A DNA stretch of 64,000 bases from Candidatus Bathyarchaeota archaeon (GTDB lineage Archaea; Thermoproteota; Bathyarchaeia; Bathyarchaeales; Bathycorpusculaceae): assembly GCA_963715865.1 (NCBI GenBank), contig OY970280.1, positions 1,856,001-1,920,000 of the forward strand. The letters are read 5' to 3'. The first letter of the stretch is position 1. Every line of letters starts with the position of its first letter. Shown piece after piece: positions 1-9,649 of this stretch. The translations under genes and the position numbers were made by a program. Below the pieces are notes generated by a model that did no database searches, was not told the origin of the DNA, and saw nothing but the letters and a program-made list of their open reading frames with translations.

Positions 1-175
1 ACGCGTCTTACCCTAATGCTTCTCCTAATTTAACTGGCGACCCAATTGTTTTGGCGGTAAGCGCTATTAATTTATTAATGCTCGCATATGCTTCAATACT
101 GATGTGGGACAGACGCACATGGCTCAAAACTGAACCTGCAACACCAAGTCAAACAATAGATAGAGGGGAGCCAGC

Positions 176-1948
176 ATGAACCTGAACCTTGACTTAAAAA
201 TAACCAAGAAAGACGTGGTAACTATTGTTTTACTTTCTGTAGTTTTTTTCTCCATAGCCACATGGAACCTTGGCTTAACCCAATCACCCACAACCACAGC
301 TCAAATGACGACTGGACAAAGCTTTTACCTTGACCTTGGCAGTTCAACCAATGTTAAATCAATGGTTTTTCTGCTAAAGAATGGCGCGTTTAACGTCACA
401 ATATCTGCGGGTTCGCCAAGCAACTGGACGGCTGCTGCAACCAACATTGATTGGCCTTATTCCAGTTCACAATGGTCTGAGGATTATTACAAGTGGGACG
501 AAGTGTCTGTGAGTCAAACCACTCAGTATTTGAAAGTTGACTTTGGCTCAGCAGGAGACTACAATACTATACTCGCGGAAATCGCGGTTATAGATCAGAA
601 TGACCAGCAAGTCACAATCCATTCAATAAATGATCTTGGCAGTGGAAATCCAAACCTGCATAATCTTATCGACGAGCAAAACATGGTTCAGTATCCATCA
701 ACTTACATGTCAAACACTTATTTTGACGAGATATACTTCGTTAGAACAGCAGAGCAGTATTTGCATTTGCAGTTGCCGTATGAGTGGACGCATCCGCCGC
801 TTGGGAAACTAATCCAAGCTTCAAGCATCTTAATCTTCGGTTTCGATCCGTTCGGATGGCGAATAATGGGCGTCATATTTGCCACATTGATGATTCCGCT
901 CATTTACCTGTTCGGCAAAAAACTGTTCGGCACTTGGATTGGTGGTTTCACAGCAGCGTTCCTGTTAACCTTTGACTTTATGCATTTTACCATGGCCAGA
1001 ATGGGCACAGCCGACACATACGTAGTCTTTTTCTCGCTGGCTTCACAACTGTTCTTTTTCATTTACCTCAAAAACGTTCTTGATAAAGGCTGGAAAACCA
1101 GCATTATACCTTTGTTTTTGGCTATTTTCTTTTTCGCTTTGGGCTTCTCTAGCAAGTGGCTTGTTCTTTACGGTTTTGTGGGGGAGTTGGCTCTTCTTGT
1201 GGCGCTTCGGCTTAGTGAAGTTAAAAAGCTCAAAGGCAGTTTATCCGCGAAAGTTTATGCTTTCCTTGATCACCCGTATTCTGTAATTGTTGCTTTCCTG
1301 TTACTTGCTGTGGGAATTTACTTTTTAACTTATATTCCAGACATGCTTGCAGGCAGGTCATTTTTAGATGTCATCGGGCTGCAAGTCCAAATGTTTGATT
1401 ATCATTTTTACCTGACTGCTACGCATCCTTTCTCTTCGCCGTGGTATAGTTGGCCTTTCATGTTTGACCCCTTAAATGCCGCAGTGCATGTACCAGTTTG
1501 GCTTGAAGTCGCAACATTTCCTAACGGTGTTACTGAATCAACTATTGTTGTGATGGGCAATCCTGCTGTTTGGTGGATAGGCTTTGCCGCTATTCTGGGA
1601 CTAACAGTTTTCTATGTCCCAAAAATTTTTAGCAAACAGTTTAGCTTGAAAAAGTATTTGCCAGTCATCTTTATGCTTGTGGTTTTCTTCTTCCAATGGT
1701 TGCCCTACATTTTAATTACAAGAGTAGTGTTCATCTATCATTTCTACTCTGATGTGCCATTTCTCTGTTTGGGCACAGCGTTTTTAGTAAGCAAGTATTG
1801 GAGCAACAAATGGGTAAAAATCGCAGCAATAGCCTACTTTGCACTTACAATTGCCTTATTCGTTCTTTTCTATCCAGTTATTTCAGGCGTGCCCACATCA
1901 ACCTCAACTGTTAACAGTTTGAAGTGGTTCGGAGGATGGTTGTTCTAA
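176..1948 (+). CDS. Dolichyl-phosphate-mannose:protein mannosyltransferase-like (GT39/PMT family)
   Basis: Multi-TM 590 aa protein with PMT motifs YFDEIYF, HPPLGKLI, FGWR and C-terminal HPFSSPWYSWP; extracellular beta-rich insertion near the N-terminus. Confidence 0.88.
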   Translation: MNLNLDLKITKKDVVTIVLLSVVFFSIATWNLGLTQSPTTTAQMTTGQSFYLDLGSSTNVKSMVFLLKNGAFNVTISAGSPSNWTAAATNIDWPYSSSQWSEDYYKWDEVSVSQTTQYLKVDFGSAGDYNTILAEIAVIDQNDQQVTIHSINDLGSGNPNLHNLIDEQNMVQYPSTYMSNTYFDEIYFVRTAEQYLHLQLPYEWTHPPLGKLIQASSILIFGFDPFGWRIMGVIFATLMIPLIYLFGKKLFGTWIGGFTAAFLLTFDFMHFTMARMGTADTYVVFFSLASQLFFFIYLKNVLDKGWKTSIIPLFLAIFFFALGFSSKWLVLYGFVGELALLVALRLSEVKKLKGSLSAKVYAFLDHPYSVIVAFLLLAVGIYFLTYIPDMLAGRSFLDVIGLQVQMFDYHFYLTATHPFSSPWYSWPFMFDPLNAAVHVPVWLEVATFPNGVTESTIVVMGNPAVWWIGFAAILGLTVFYVPKIFSKQFSLKKYLPVIFMLVVFFFQWLPYILITRVVFIYHFYSDVPFLCLGTAFLVSKYWSNKWVKIAAIAYFALTIALFVLFYPVISGVPTSTSTVNSLKWFGGWLF

Positions 1949-1949
1949 A

Positions 1950-2687
1950 ATGGAGAAGGAAACTGCTTCAAACGACAAAGTGGTGGTTTCAGTCGTTCTT
2001 CCAGCTTACAACGAAGCAGACAAACTGGAAGGCGCCGTGACGAAAATAAGCCAAGCCCTAAAAGAGACGGGGTATCGCTATGAAATTATTATTGCTGAAG
2101 ACGGCAGCACCGACGGCACTGCTGAACGTTCTGAAGAGCTAGCGCAAAAACTCCCATACGTTAAGCACATTCACCGTGAAAAGCGGCTGGGAAGAGGAAC
2201 CGCACTCAACAATGCGTTTAGGCAGTGCAATGGTGAAGTTTTGGTTTATATGGATTTGGACTTAGCCACAGACCTAAAATCGCTTAAACCGCTCGTTGAA
2301 GCCATAACGGTTGAAGGCTATGACTTTTCAACTGGCTCAAGAATGCTGCCTGAAAGCAAGGTTGAACGCAGCCTGCGCAGAAGCATAAGCTCTAAAACTT
2401 ACAATTTCCTCGTCCGACACATGCTCGGCTCCAAACTCAGGGATCATCAGTGTGGCTTCAAAGCTTTCAAGAGAGAACCGCTTTTAAGGTTACTTGATGA
2501 GGTAGAGGCGACTCATTGGTTTTGGGATACAGAAATAATTGTAAGAGCTTATCGTCATGGCTATAGGATAAAAGAGATTCCAGTTGAGTGGAAAAGCGGT
2601 AAGGACACAAAAGTTAACCTCTTTAAAGATTCATGGAACATGTTTTGGCAAATAATGAAGCTCTGGTGGAAACTAAAAATAAAGTAA
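1950..2687 (+). CDS. GT2 glycosyltransferase, dolichol-phosphate mannose/glucose synthase-like
   Basis: VVLPAYNEA, EDGSTDGT, DxD (DLD), D(H)QCGFKAF, WFWDTE; starts 1 nt after the PMT stop. Confidence 0.88.
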   Translation: MEKETASNDKVVVSVVLPAYNEADKLEGAVTKISQALKETGYRYEIIIAEDGSTDGTAERSEELAQKLPYVKHIHREKRLGRGTALNNAFRQCNGEVLVYMDLDLATDLKSLKPLVEAITVEGYDFSTGSRMLPESKVERSLRRSISSKTYNFLVRHMLGSKLRDHQCGFKAFKREPLLRLLDEVEATHWFWDTEIIVRAYRHGYRIKEIPVEWKSGKDTKVNLFKDSWNMFWQIMKLWWKLKIK

Positions 2688-2695
2688 GGCTAAAG

Positions 2696-3193
2696 TTATC
2701 TTTTGGCTAAAAGAACAAACGCTCTAGCAACCAATGATAAACCGAAAATCATGATTATTCCAGCCCAAAAGACAAACCACTCGCTCTCTATTGTCATATT
2801 AACTAGGTAGGTAGTTATTAAGTAGCTTGCCCCAAGCCAGAAAACAATGTTTTCAACAGTTTCAGCTTTCCTTGCGACAGGCGAATGCAGAAAAACCCTA
2901 AGCGCTAATACTATGATTTCTAAAAGTCCTATGCCCAGACTAAACTGAAAAGCAGCATTGTAAAGCTCTGTATAAGCAGCGGGATTCGCAGGCGCAGGCA
3001 AAGATATACTAGCAGCGCCTGGAACTTGAGCGAGAGTGAGAGAACTGAAAAAATTAACTATGCTGTCCCAAATGCCAGTATGGATGAAGTAAATCACGGC
3101 AATTAGAATAAAAATGGCGCCTATGTATATGGCGGTAACCAAGCCTTCTTTTCTCTTATCAGTTAACGATTGCGTGTTCAAATCTTTAATCAA
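2696..3193 (-). CDS. Hypothetical 4-TM membrane protein
   Basis: 165 aa ORF with four hydrophobic segments; divergent from 3310. Confidence 0.75.
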   Translation of the reverse strand: MIKDLNTQSLTDKRKEGLVTAIYIGAIFILIAVIYFIHTGIWDSIVNFFSSLTLAQVPGAASISLPAPANPAAYTELYNAAFQFSLGIGLLEIIVLALRVFLHSPVARKAETVENIVFWLGASYLITTYLVNMTIESEWFVFWAGIIMIFGLSLVARAFVLLAKR

Positions 3194-3309
3194 GGCTGTC
3201 TCTCCTCATTCGAGTATAGAACGTTGAGCACATATATTTTTCTCTTTAAGCAAGGAAGTGCATGTTTTAAATACTCAGAGATAAATAAAATAAAGAAAGG
3301 AGAGATTGC

Positions 3310-3717
3310 ATGTCGTATTGTCCGAAATGCGGCAATAAAGTTGACGAGACGATGACTTTCTGCCCACGCTGTGGAGCAGCGTTAAAAGGCGCAACACCAA
3401 GTCAACCAGCACCCGCCGCTCAACCCTATCAGAGGTATGAAAAAGCCGAAAAGAACGAGAAAAAAGAAAAGCAAGAGAAGAATGAGCATCCTGAAAAAGG
3501 CGAAAAACAAGAGAAAGGCGAATATGGCTTTGTCGGCTTTCTGATTGGCGGTTTAGTCCTGATTGTATTCGGTCTATTTAGTTTGCTGCGTTTCAGCGGC
3601 TATTTTACTGGTGGACAAGACTGGGCTATAATGCTGTTACTAATAGGCATAATAATCATAGTTGGCGCAGTTTACGTGGCATTTATTTCGCGGAAACATT
3701 TTCCGGAGCCTCGTTAG
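3310..3717 (+). CDS. Zinc-ribbon membrane protein
   Basis: YCPKCG...FCPRCG zinc ribbon, EK-rich linker, two C-terminal TM helices. Confidence 0.85.
   Translation: MSYCPKCGNKVDETMTFCPRCGAALKGATPSQPAPAAQPYQRYEKAEKNEKKEKQEKNEHPEKGEKQEKGEYGFVGFLIGGLVLIVFGLFSLLRFSGYFTGGQDWAIMLLLIGIIIIVGAVYVAFISRKHFPEPR
3439..3522 (+). repeat. 9-bp periodic repeat encoding (EKx)n
   Basis: EKA-EKN-EKK-EKQ-EKN-EHP-EKG-EKQ-EKG-E read directly from the sequence. Confidence 0.8.
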
Positions 3718-4853
3718 ATCAGCCATCCTAAGAACATTCGGTAAAGCCTATGCTCTAAAAGCGTTAATGCATTTTGTCTTCCGAATACTCGGTAATAGTT
3801 TTTTCCCGCTGCTTCAATGAAATCGCCGATATCGTATCGGGGGAACATGCATGAAGAAATTATAAGCTTTCCCCATTCGCCCCGTTTAAGTTCATGAAGC
3901 ATTTTCACGCCTTTGCCAGTTACAACTTCAAAAAGGTATGAGTCATAATTGGGCGTTATGTAAGGTAAATCGTCAAGTTGCTGGGCAAAAACGCCTTCTG
4001 TAGCAGTGTACATTTCCACAATTGGCGCGTCACCGAAGTACCTTTTTAATATTGGACCGTACTTGAATTGTATTTTGCGTACGCTGGTGCAGAAAAGAGC
4101 TTGAAGCTTCCATAAGTCAGCTGGCTTTTTTCCGTGTTTACGTTTGACATATTTGGCGAAAGCCAAAATTACAGGAGTTACACCCATCGTGGCAGTGACA
4201 TCTTGGTTTAGAGCCTGTTGATAAACAATCTCGAACCGTTTCTCCCAATCTTTCCTTCTGATTTCTGAACCCAAAGCATCAATTTCTTCTTGGCGAGGCA
4301 GAAGACTCAACCTATCGAACATTGGGTTAAGCCTAGCATAGGTTCCTGAGCTGTAACCGTAGGTGACTTCTTTACCGTCACAGTTCATGGTATGGACGCT
4401 TGAAGGAAAATTCAGGTTAAGAATTGCGCCTGTGAAAACTTCAAAGTTCTTTTTTCTGATCGCGTAATTTATTAGAGCTCTTGCTCCGCAAGAGAAAATT
4501 TGTTTTAGATGCGTTTGTGTTGCTGGCAGGACCTTTGATTTTCCTGTTGAGCCTCTGGTCATAACCCAGCATTCGGGTGGTTCAGGCAAAAGTGCCTTGT
4601 AGTTTCCTTCTCTAACTTGTGCCAGATAAGGTGTAAGTCCAGAGTAATTGATGATGGGAAAATTTGCTTGGTAATCGGAGAGGCATTTCACCTGTAAGGC
4701 GTGATGGCTTGATCCATATTCGGTGGAACTGTACTTCTTAACCAAATCGTTCAGTACTTGCTCTTGCGCTTTCTGCGGATTCTCAAGTGACTCATACCAA
4801 GGACCAATTATTGGTTTCAGAATACTGTTGATGCTATCTTCATCTGGCAGCAT
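3714..4853 (-). CDS. GH3 (acyl-acid amido synthetase) family protein
   Basis: TRGSTGKSKVLP P-loop-like motif, YTATEG, RYDIGD typical of the GH3/adenylate-forming fold. Confidence 0.8.
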   Translation of the reverse strand: MLPDEDSINSILKPIIGPWYESLENPQKAQEQVLNDLVKKYSSTEYGSSHHALQVKCLSDYQANFPIINYSGLTPYLAQVREGNYKALLPEPPECWVMTRGSTGKSKVLPATQTHLKQIFSCGARALINYAIRKKNFEVFTGAILNLNFPSSVHTMNCDGKEVTYGYSSGTYARLNPMFDRLSLLPRQEEIDALGSEIRRKDWEKRFEIVYQQALNQDVTATMGVTPVILAFAKYVKRKHGKKPADLWKLQALFCTSVRKIQFKYGPILKRYFGDAPIVEMYTATEGVFAQQLDDLPYITPNYDSYLFEVVTGKGVKMLHELKRGEWGKLIISSCMFPRYDIGDFIEAAGKNYYRVFGRQNALTLLEHRLYRMFLGWLI

Positions 4854-4949
4854 AGCGCTCGCTAAAACAATTTGTTATGAATTGGCTTATATGCTTCTCC
4901 ATCAATAAATTACAAGCCAGAAACGTTTGCCATTTAAGGGTTGAAAATT

Positions 4950-5877
4950 ATGACTGAAACAGTTCGCGTCACAGCTGAACGGATAAGAAAACTGGAAGTT
5001 CAAGGGGCAAGAAATGTTGCAATAGCCGCCATAAAAGCCCTGCAAGCACTTAGCGGAGCAGACAAAAGCCAAAAACAAAACAGCATTCTTAAACGAGCTC
5101 AAAGAAGCACAAGCCATGCTTTTTGCGTCAAGAGAAACTGAGCCCTTAATGAGAAACGCCATCCGCTGGATAATCACTCAAGTCGAAGACAGCAGCATCG
5201 AAAAAGTTGATGCGGTCGCCGAATTGGTTGTTGGAAATGTAGGCTTGTTTTTGCAGAATCTTGATGCTTCAAGAGAGTGTACTGCGGAAATTGGTGCGAA
5301 GCGAATAAGGGACGGAATGTTAGTATGCACTCATTGTCACTCGTCAACTGTTACCCGCATGCTTGCCAAAGCCAAAGCTGAGGGCAAAAACTTTAGCGTT
5401 ATTTGCACTGAAACCCGACCTGCTTTCCAAGGAAGGATAACTGCTCGGGAAATGGTTGAGCTTGGAGTTGAAACCATGTTTATTGTTGATTCAGCGGCGC
5501 GGTCCTATATGGGAAACGTTGACCTTGTTGTTGTGGGAGCAGACGCCATTACATCTGAGGGCAATGTTGTTAACAAGATTGGCACAAGCAGCATCGCCGT
5601 CTTAGCCAACGAAGCCAGAAAGCCGTTTTATGTGGTTTCGGAACTGCTCAAGTTTGATCCAGAAACGCTCTACGGTGAATACGAGCGGATTGAGCAACGA
5701 AGCCCAGCGGAGGTTTGGAAGGAAGCACCCCAGAAACTGTCAGTGCGCAACCCAGCTTTTGATGTTACCCCAAGCCGCTATATCAGCGGGCTTATCTGTG
5801 AAGAAGGAGTGATAGCACCCCAGTCAGTAGCTGAGGTCATGCACAGAGCTTACCCATGGGTTTTCAAAAGCATCTAA
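4950..5877 (+). CDS. e2b2: Ribose-1,5-bisphosphate isomerase, +1 frameshift at ~5049-5053
   Basis: IRKLEVQGARNVA then, after removing 1 nt, LAEQTKAKNKTAFLNELKEAQAMLFASRETEPLMRN; THCHS, ETRP, GADAI, NKIGT, NPAFDVTP; repaired length 308 aa. Confidence 0.9.
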
Positions 5878-7097
5878 GCTTTCCACTGTTCCAATGCAGC
5901 TTTCAGTTCCTTGTGTGTTTTAGCGTATTCTTCTAAGGATATTCCCTTCAGTGAAGCATCAACGGCTTGCCGCATTGCCTTTGCGCCCGCCAATGTTCCG
6001 TCTGGGTGCCCGTGGATTCCGCCGCCAGCTTGAATAACCACATCATTGCCGAACGTTTCAAGTAAAGCAGGCACCAGCCGTGGGTGCAGTCCACCTGAAG
6101 CAACAGGCAAAACAGGCTTTAATCCGCCCAGTTCAGCTTTGCAGGCGTCGATGTTTTCGAGGACTTCAGCTTTAGTTTCAGACATTTTGCCTACTACGGT
6201 GCCTACGTGAAGTTGGTCGACGCCGATTACTCTTGCAACCATTGCTATGGGACGCATTGCGATGCCGTGCTTTGGGTTCTTGGTGAAAGCGGCGTGTCCT
6301 GCCCTGTGGGCGTGGATGACGAGTTTGTAGTTTTGGTTGCGTAAGGTTTGCAGTGCTGACCAGCCGCAGGTTAAAATGTCTACCATGACGTATTCTCCGC
6401 CTTGGTCAAGGACTGTTTGTGCTCGTTTTAGCATGGTGTCGGTTTCAGCGGTGATGTTAACCATGTAAACTTTGCGTTCACCCGTTTCCTCTTGTGCTTT
6501 GTCTCGGCTCTCCAAAGTCTGCGAAAGGCGGTCTTCGAAGGGATTGAATTTTTGGCTACTCAGGTTTTCATCATCTTTTACAATGTCGCAGCCGCCACTC
6601 CAAGCCTCATAAGCCACGTGGGCATGGTCTTTAGTTTTTAATCCAAGTTTAGGCTTGATTATTGTGCCGACAAGCGGGCGCTCTGGAACTTTTAGGAGGC
6701 TACGGATTCCAGCTATGCCATACATTGGACCTTTGAAGCTGTTGATTAGGTCTTTGGGCATTTGGATGTCGAGGAGTCGTAGGTTTTTGAGTGCCTTAAG
6801 CCCAAAAACGTTTCCGGCAACGCTACTTAGAATGTTGGGCATGTTAGCTGGCTCAAACAGTTCGATGGGATAAGCGATTTTGACTACGTTGCCTTCTATG
6901 CTAAACACATGGGCTGCTAGCCGTGTCACGTATGGTTGCGCGGTTGTGAGTTCTGTCCATGTGCCAATTGAACTTTCCGCGGCAACGCCGCCTGCGGCTT
7001 CTTTGAGGCTGATGCCCTCGGGCTCTAAGTAAAAAGTGCATTTTAAATCGGTTTCTTTTGGCTTGTAAGTTGAATCCACAAAGTCAAGATACTTCAA
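5874..7097 (-). CDS. rbcL: RuBisCO form III
   Basis: AESSIGTWT, GTIIKPKLGL, catalytic KDDEN, HAHRAGH, SGG, GGGIHGHP; TTG start. Confidence 0.95.
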   Translation of the reverse strand: MKYLDFVDSTYKPKETDLKCTFYLEPEGISLKEAAGGVAAESSIGTWTELTTAQPYVTRLAAHVFSIEGNVVKIAYPIELFEPANMPNILSSVAGNVFGLKALKNLRLLDIQMPKDLINSFKGPMYGIAGIRSLLKVPERPLVGTIIKPKLGLKTKDHAHVAYEAWSGGCDIVKDDENLSSQKFNPFEDRLSQTLESRDKAQEETGERKVYMVNITAETDTMLKRAQTVLDQGGEYVMVDILTCGWSALQTLRNQNYKLVIHAHRAGHAAFTKNPKHGIAMRPIAMVARVIGVDQLHVGTVVGKMSETKAEVLENIDACKAELGGLKPVLPVASGGLHPRLVPALLETFGNDVVIQAGGGIHGHPDGTLAGAKAMRQAVDASLKGISLEEYAKTHKELKAALEQWKA

Positions 7098-7186
7098 AGC
7101 GTTTCCTCTCAGGTTTAGTGTGAACTGGTTTTTCCTTAAAATCTTTAACTATTCCCTTAACTAATCAATAATCGACGTGGTCTTGG

Positions 7187-8731
7187 ATGGAGCTCATCGT
7201 TGAAGACTTAAACATCACCACAGGCGGAAGCAGAATCGCCATACTTAGTGAACAAAGCGCCAACCTGTTAGACGTGCACAGTTCAGACAGAATACGAATA
7301 ACCTATGGCAGTCAACAAATGATTGCCATTGCGAATATAGCGGCGAATTTTCCCCAAAACCGCATTGGACTCTACAATGAAACCGCCTCTGCGCTCGGGG
7401 TGAAGGAAGACGAGACAGTCAATGTGCAGTTGGCTCCGCTTCCTGAATCATTGTTTAACGTTCGAGCAAAACTGCGTGGAGAGCGTTTGCGGGAGAAAGA
7501 CATCGTGACTATTGTGAATGATGTTGTTGAAAGGCATCTGAGTACGGTTGAAATAGCCGCTTTCTTAACCGCGCTTAGCATTCATGGATTAAGCACTGGT
7601 GAGAATGAGGCTTTGTCAAGGGCGATGGTTGCAACGGGAAAAACGCTCAGTTTCGGCGAAGCACCCATCCTAGATAAGCATAGTGTAGGCGGGATACCTG
7701 GCGACAAAACTTCCATGCTGGTTGTGCCCATTGTGGCGGCTGCAGGATTCACTATTCCCAAAACATCTTCTAGGGCAATTACTTCGCCCGCTGGAACCGC
7801 TGACCGAGTGGAAACCCTCTGTCCCGTAAACCTATCTATCAACGAGATTAAGGATGTTGTATCGAAAACGAACGGGTGCTTGGTTTGGGGCGGCGCCTTG
7901 GAACTTGCACCAGCTGATGACTTGTTTATTCAGGTTGAGTACCCGTTGGGAATTGACCCTATGCTTTTACCTTCGATTCTTAGCAAGAAAAAAGCCGTCG
8001 GAGCCACCCACATCGTCATTGACATTCCTACCGGTATGGCTGCTAAAATCAAAACCCGAACCGAAGCGTACACGTTAGCGTCTGATTTTGTGGATTTAGG
8101 AAAACGTTTAGACTTAAACATTCAATGCGCTTTGACTTTTGGAGACCAACCGTTAGGCTGCAGCATCGGACCAGCCCTTGAAGCCAAGGAAGCGTTAACA
8201 ACCCTTATGGGCGGTGGTCCGCCTGACCTGCGGGAGAAAGCTGTTAGTCTTGCAGGCATGCTTTTCGAGATGGTCGGAGTTGAAAACGGGCGAGCTAAAG
8301 CGGAGGATATGCTTGATTCTGGCAAAGCTGAGAAGAAGATGCGTGAAATCATTGGGGCTCAAGGGGGAAACCCAGCCGTTAAACCTGATGAATTACCTGT
8401 CGGCGCTGAAAAGGCTGAAGTGCGGTCTGAACGGGCTGGTAAAGTAATATGGCTTAGTACTGAGGACATCGTACGGATTGCAAGGGAAGCTGGAGCGCCG
8501 AAAGAGAAGGGTGCAGGCATAGTGTTACATGCGAAGCTTGGTGAAACTGTGCATAAAGACGAAGTGTTGTTTGAAGTGTATGCTGAGAGAAGCAGCAAGT
8601 TGGCTTCGGCGCTGGAGCTTGCAGGGCAATTGTCGCCTATTGTGCTGACTAAGAAGCCTGCGGAAAAGATGATTTTGGATCAGGTGCCTGAAAAGCTTTC
8701 ACATGAGAAATCTTTCATGTTAGACAGGTAA
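7187..8731 (+). CDS. deoA: AMP phosphorylase
   Basis: DKHSVGGIPGDKT, KTSSRAITSPAGTAD; N-terminal extension typical of archaeal AMPpase; divergent from rbcL. Confidence 0.93.
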   Translation: MELIVEDLNITTGGSRIAILSEQSANLLDVHSSDRIRITYGSQQMIAIANIAANFPQNRIGLYNETASALGVKEDETVNVQLAPLPESLFNVRAKLRGERLREKDIVTIVNDVVERHLSTVEIAAFLTALSIHGLSTGENEALSRAMVATGKTLSFGEAPILDKHSVGGIPGDKTSMLVVPIVAAAGFTIPKTSSRAITSPAGTADRVETLCPVNLSINEIKDVVSKTNGCLVWGGALELAPADDLFIQVEYPLGIDPMLLPSILSKKKAVGATHIVIDIPTGMAAKIKTRTEAYTLASDFVDLGKRLDLNIQCALTFGDQPLGCSIGPALEAKEALTTLMGGGPPDLREKAVSLAGMLFEMVGVENGRAKAEDMLDSGKAEKKMREIIGAQGGNPAVKPDELPVGAEKAEVRSERAGKVIWLSTEDIVRIAREAGAPKEKGAGIVLHAKLGETVHKDEVLFEVYAERSSKLASALELAGQLSPIVLTKKPAEKMILDQVPEKLSHEKSFMLDR

Positions 8732-8992
8732 AAATATTGATGACCAGCATACAAAGGCTCCTTTAGAAGCTGACTTATTCAAAGGGGCACTCTTTTTGCT
8801 ACTCAAACTCCTAAGCTAAAAGCCTACCCCTATCGCAATTTTGAAGTAACTTTCAAGGCAATAGTGTACCTATCCCTTATCGGGTAGCCGCTGGACATAG
8901 CTATCTTTTTCACAGTAGTTTTCATGCTAAAAAGAGGCTACCCACTCCTGCTTGTATGCTAGGTTGTAAAAATAAAAAATAAAAATTTTGTT

Positions 8993-9358
8993 TTATCGGG
9001 TTATTGCTCCACCTATCAGGCCGCCGACAGCTGCAATTATGCCTGCAAATATGGCTAATACAATCGCTGCTACGCCTACTGCTAAACCAGCTAAGCCCCC
9101 AAATAATGCGCCTGCAAATCCACCAGCGAGTCCTCCAATGATTGCGAGCCCCAAGAAAGCTAGAATTGCTATTATGATGCCGCCGAATATGCCTGCGAGA
9201 AAACCAGCGACTAATCCTCTGCCCACTCCTCGAGCTACGAGCCCAGCTACTAAGCCGCCGATGAACCCACCCACCAGATGACCGATTCCTGGAAAGAGAA
9301 AAGCAAGAACCAGTATTACCAAGAAGCCCATGAAGGCGCCTAACCATACGCTTCCCAA
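8993..9358 (-). CDS. Gly/Ala-rich small membrane protein (DUF5518-like)
   Basis: 121 aa with repeated GxxxG helices; the family name is from resemblance only. Confidence 0.7.
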   Translation of the reverse strand: MGSVWLGAFMGFLVILVLAFLFPGIGHLVGGFIGGLVAGLVARGVGRGLVAGFLAGIFGGIIIAILAFLGLAIIGGLAGGFAGALFGGLAGLAVGVAAIVLAIFAGIIAAVGGLIGGAITR

Positions 9359-9496
9359 ATTTTTTCACCACCTTTACAAGTAAATGCTCGGCTGAATGCC
9401 TATAAGTTTTAGCTAAAAGAAAATACAGTTAGCTGTTTAGATAATACTTTGTTGGTGTAGCTAAACAATAACAAAAAAATCAAAAAGCAAAAACAA

Positions 9497-9540
9497 AAGA
9501 GCCTCCTATGCTGACGGCACGCATAGCATAAGATGGCTTA
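9497..9540 (-). terminator. Hairpin followed by U-rich tract on the minus strand
   Basis: CTATGC(9506-9511)/GCATAG(9521-9526) stem, outer AGCC/GGCT, A-rich plus strand on the left side. Confidence 0.4.
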
Positions 9541-9649
9541 TGATTAATATTAAATATCATTTTTTAGCCCCAAACATGCGTTAATTTTAATAGAGTGTTT
9601 TTGCAGAGTATTTATTAAAAAAATTGAAGTTAGGGCAGTTTTCTAGGGT

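Noticed and set aside
8737-8773. TGATGA...CTGA resembling a C/D sRNA
   Set aside because: Only 26 nt between the boxes, no internal C'/D' and no terminal stem
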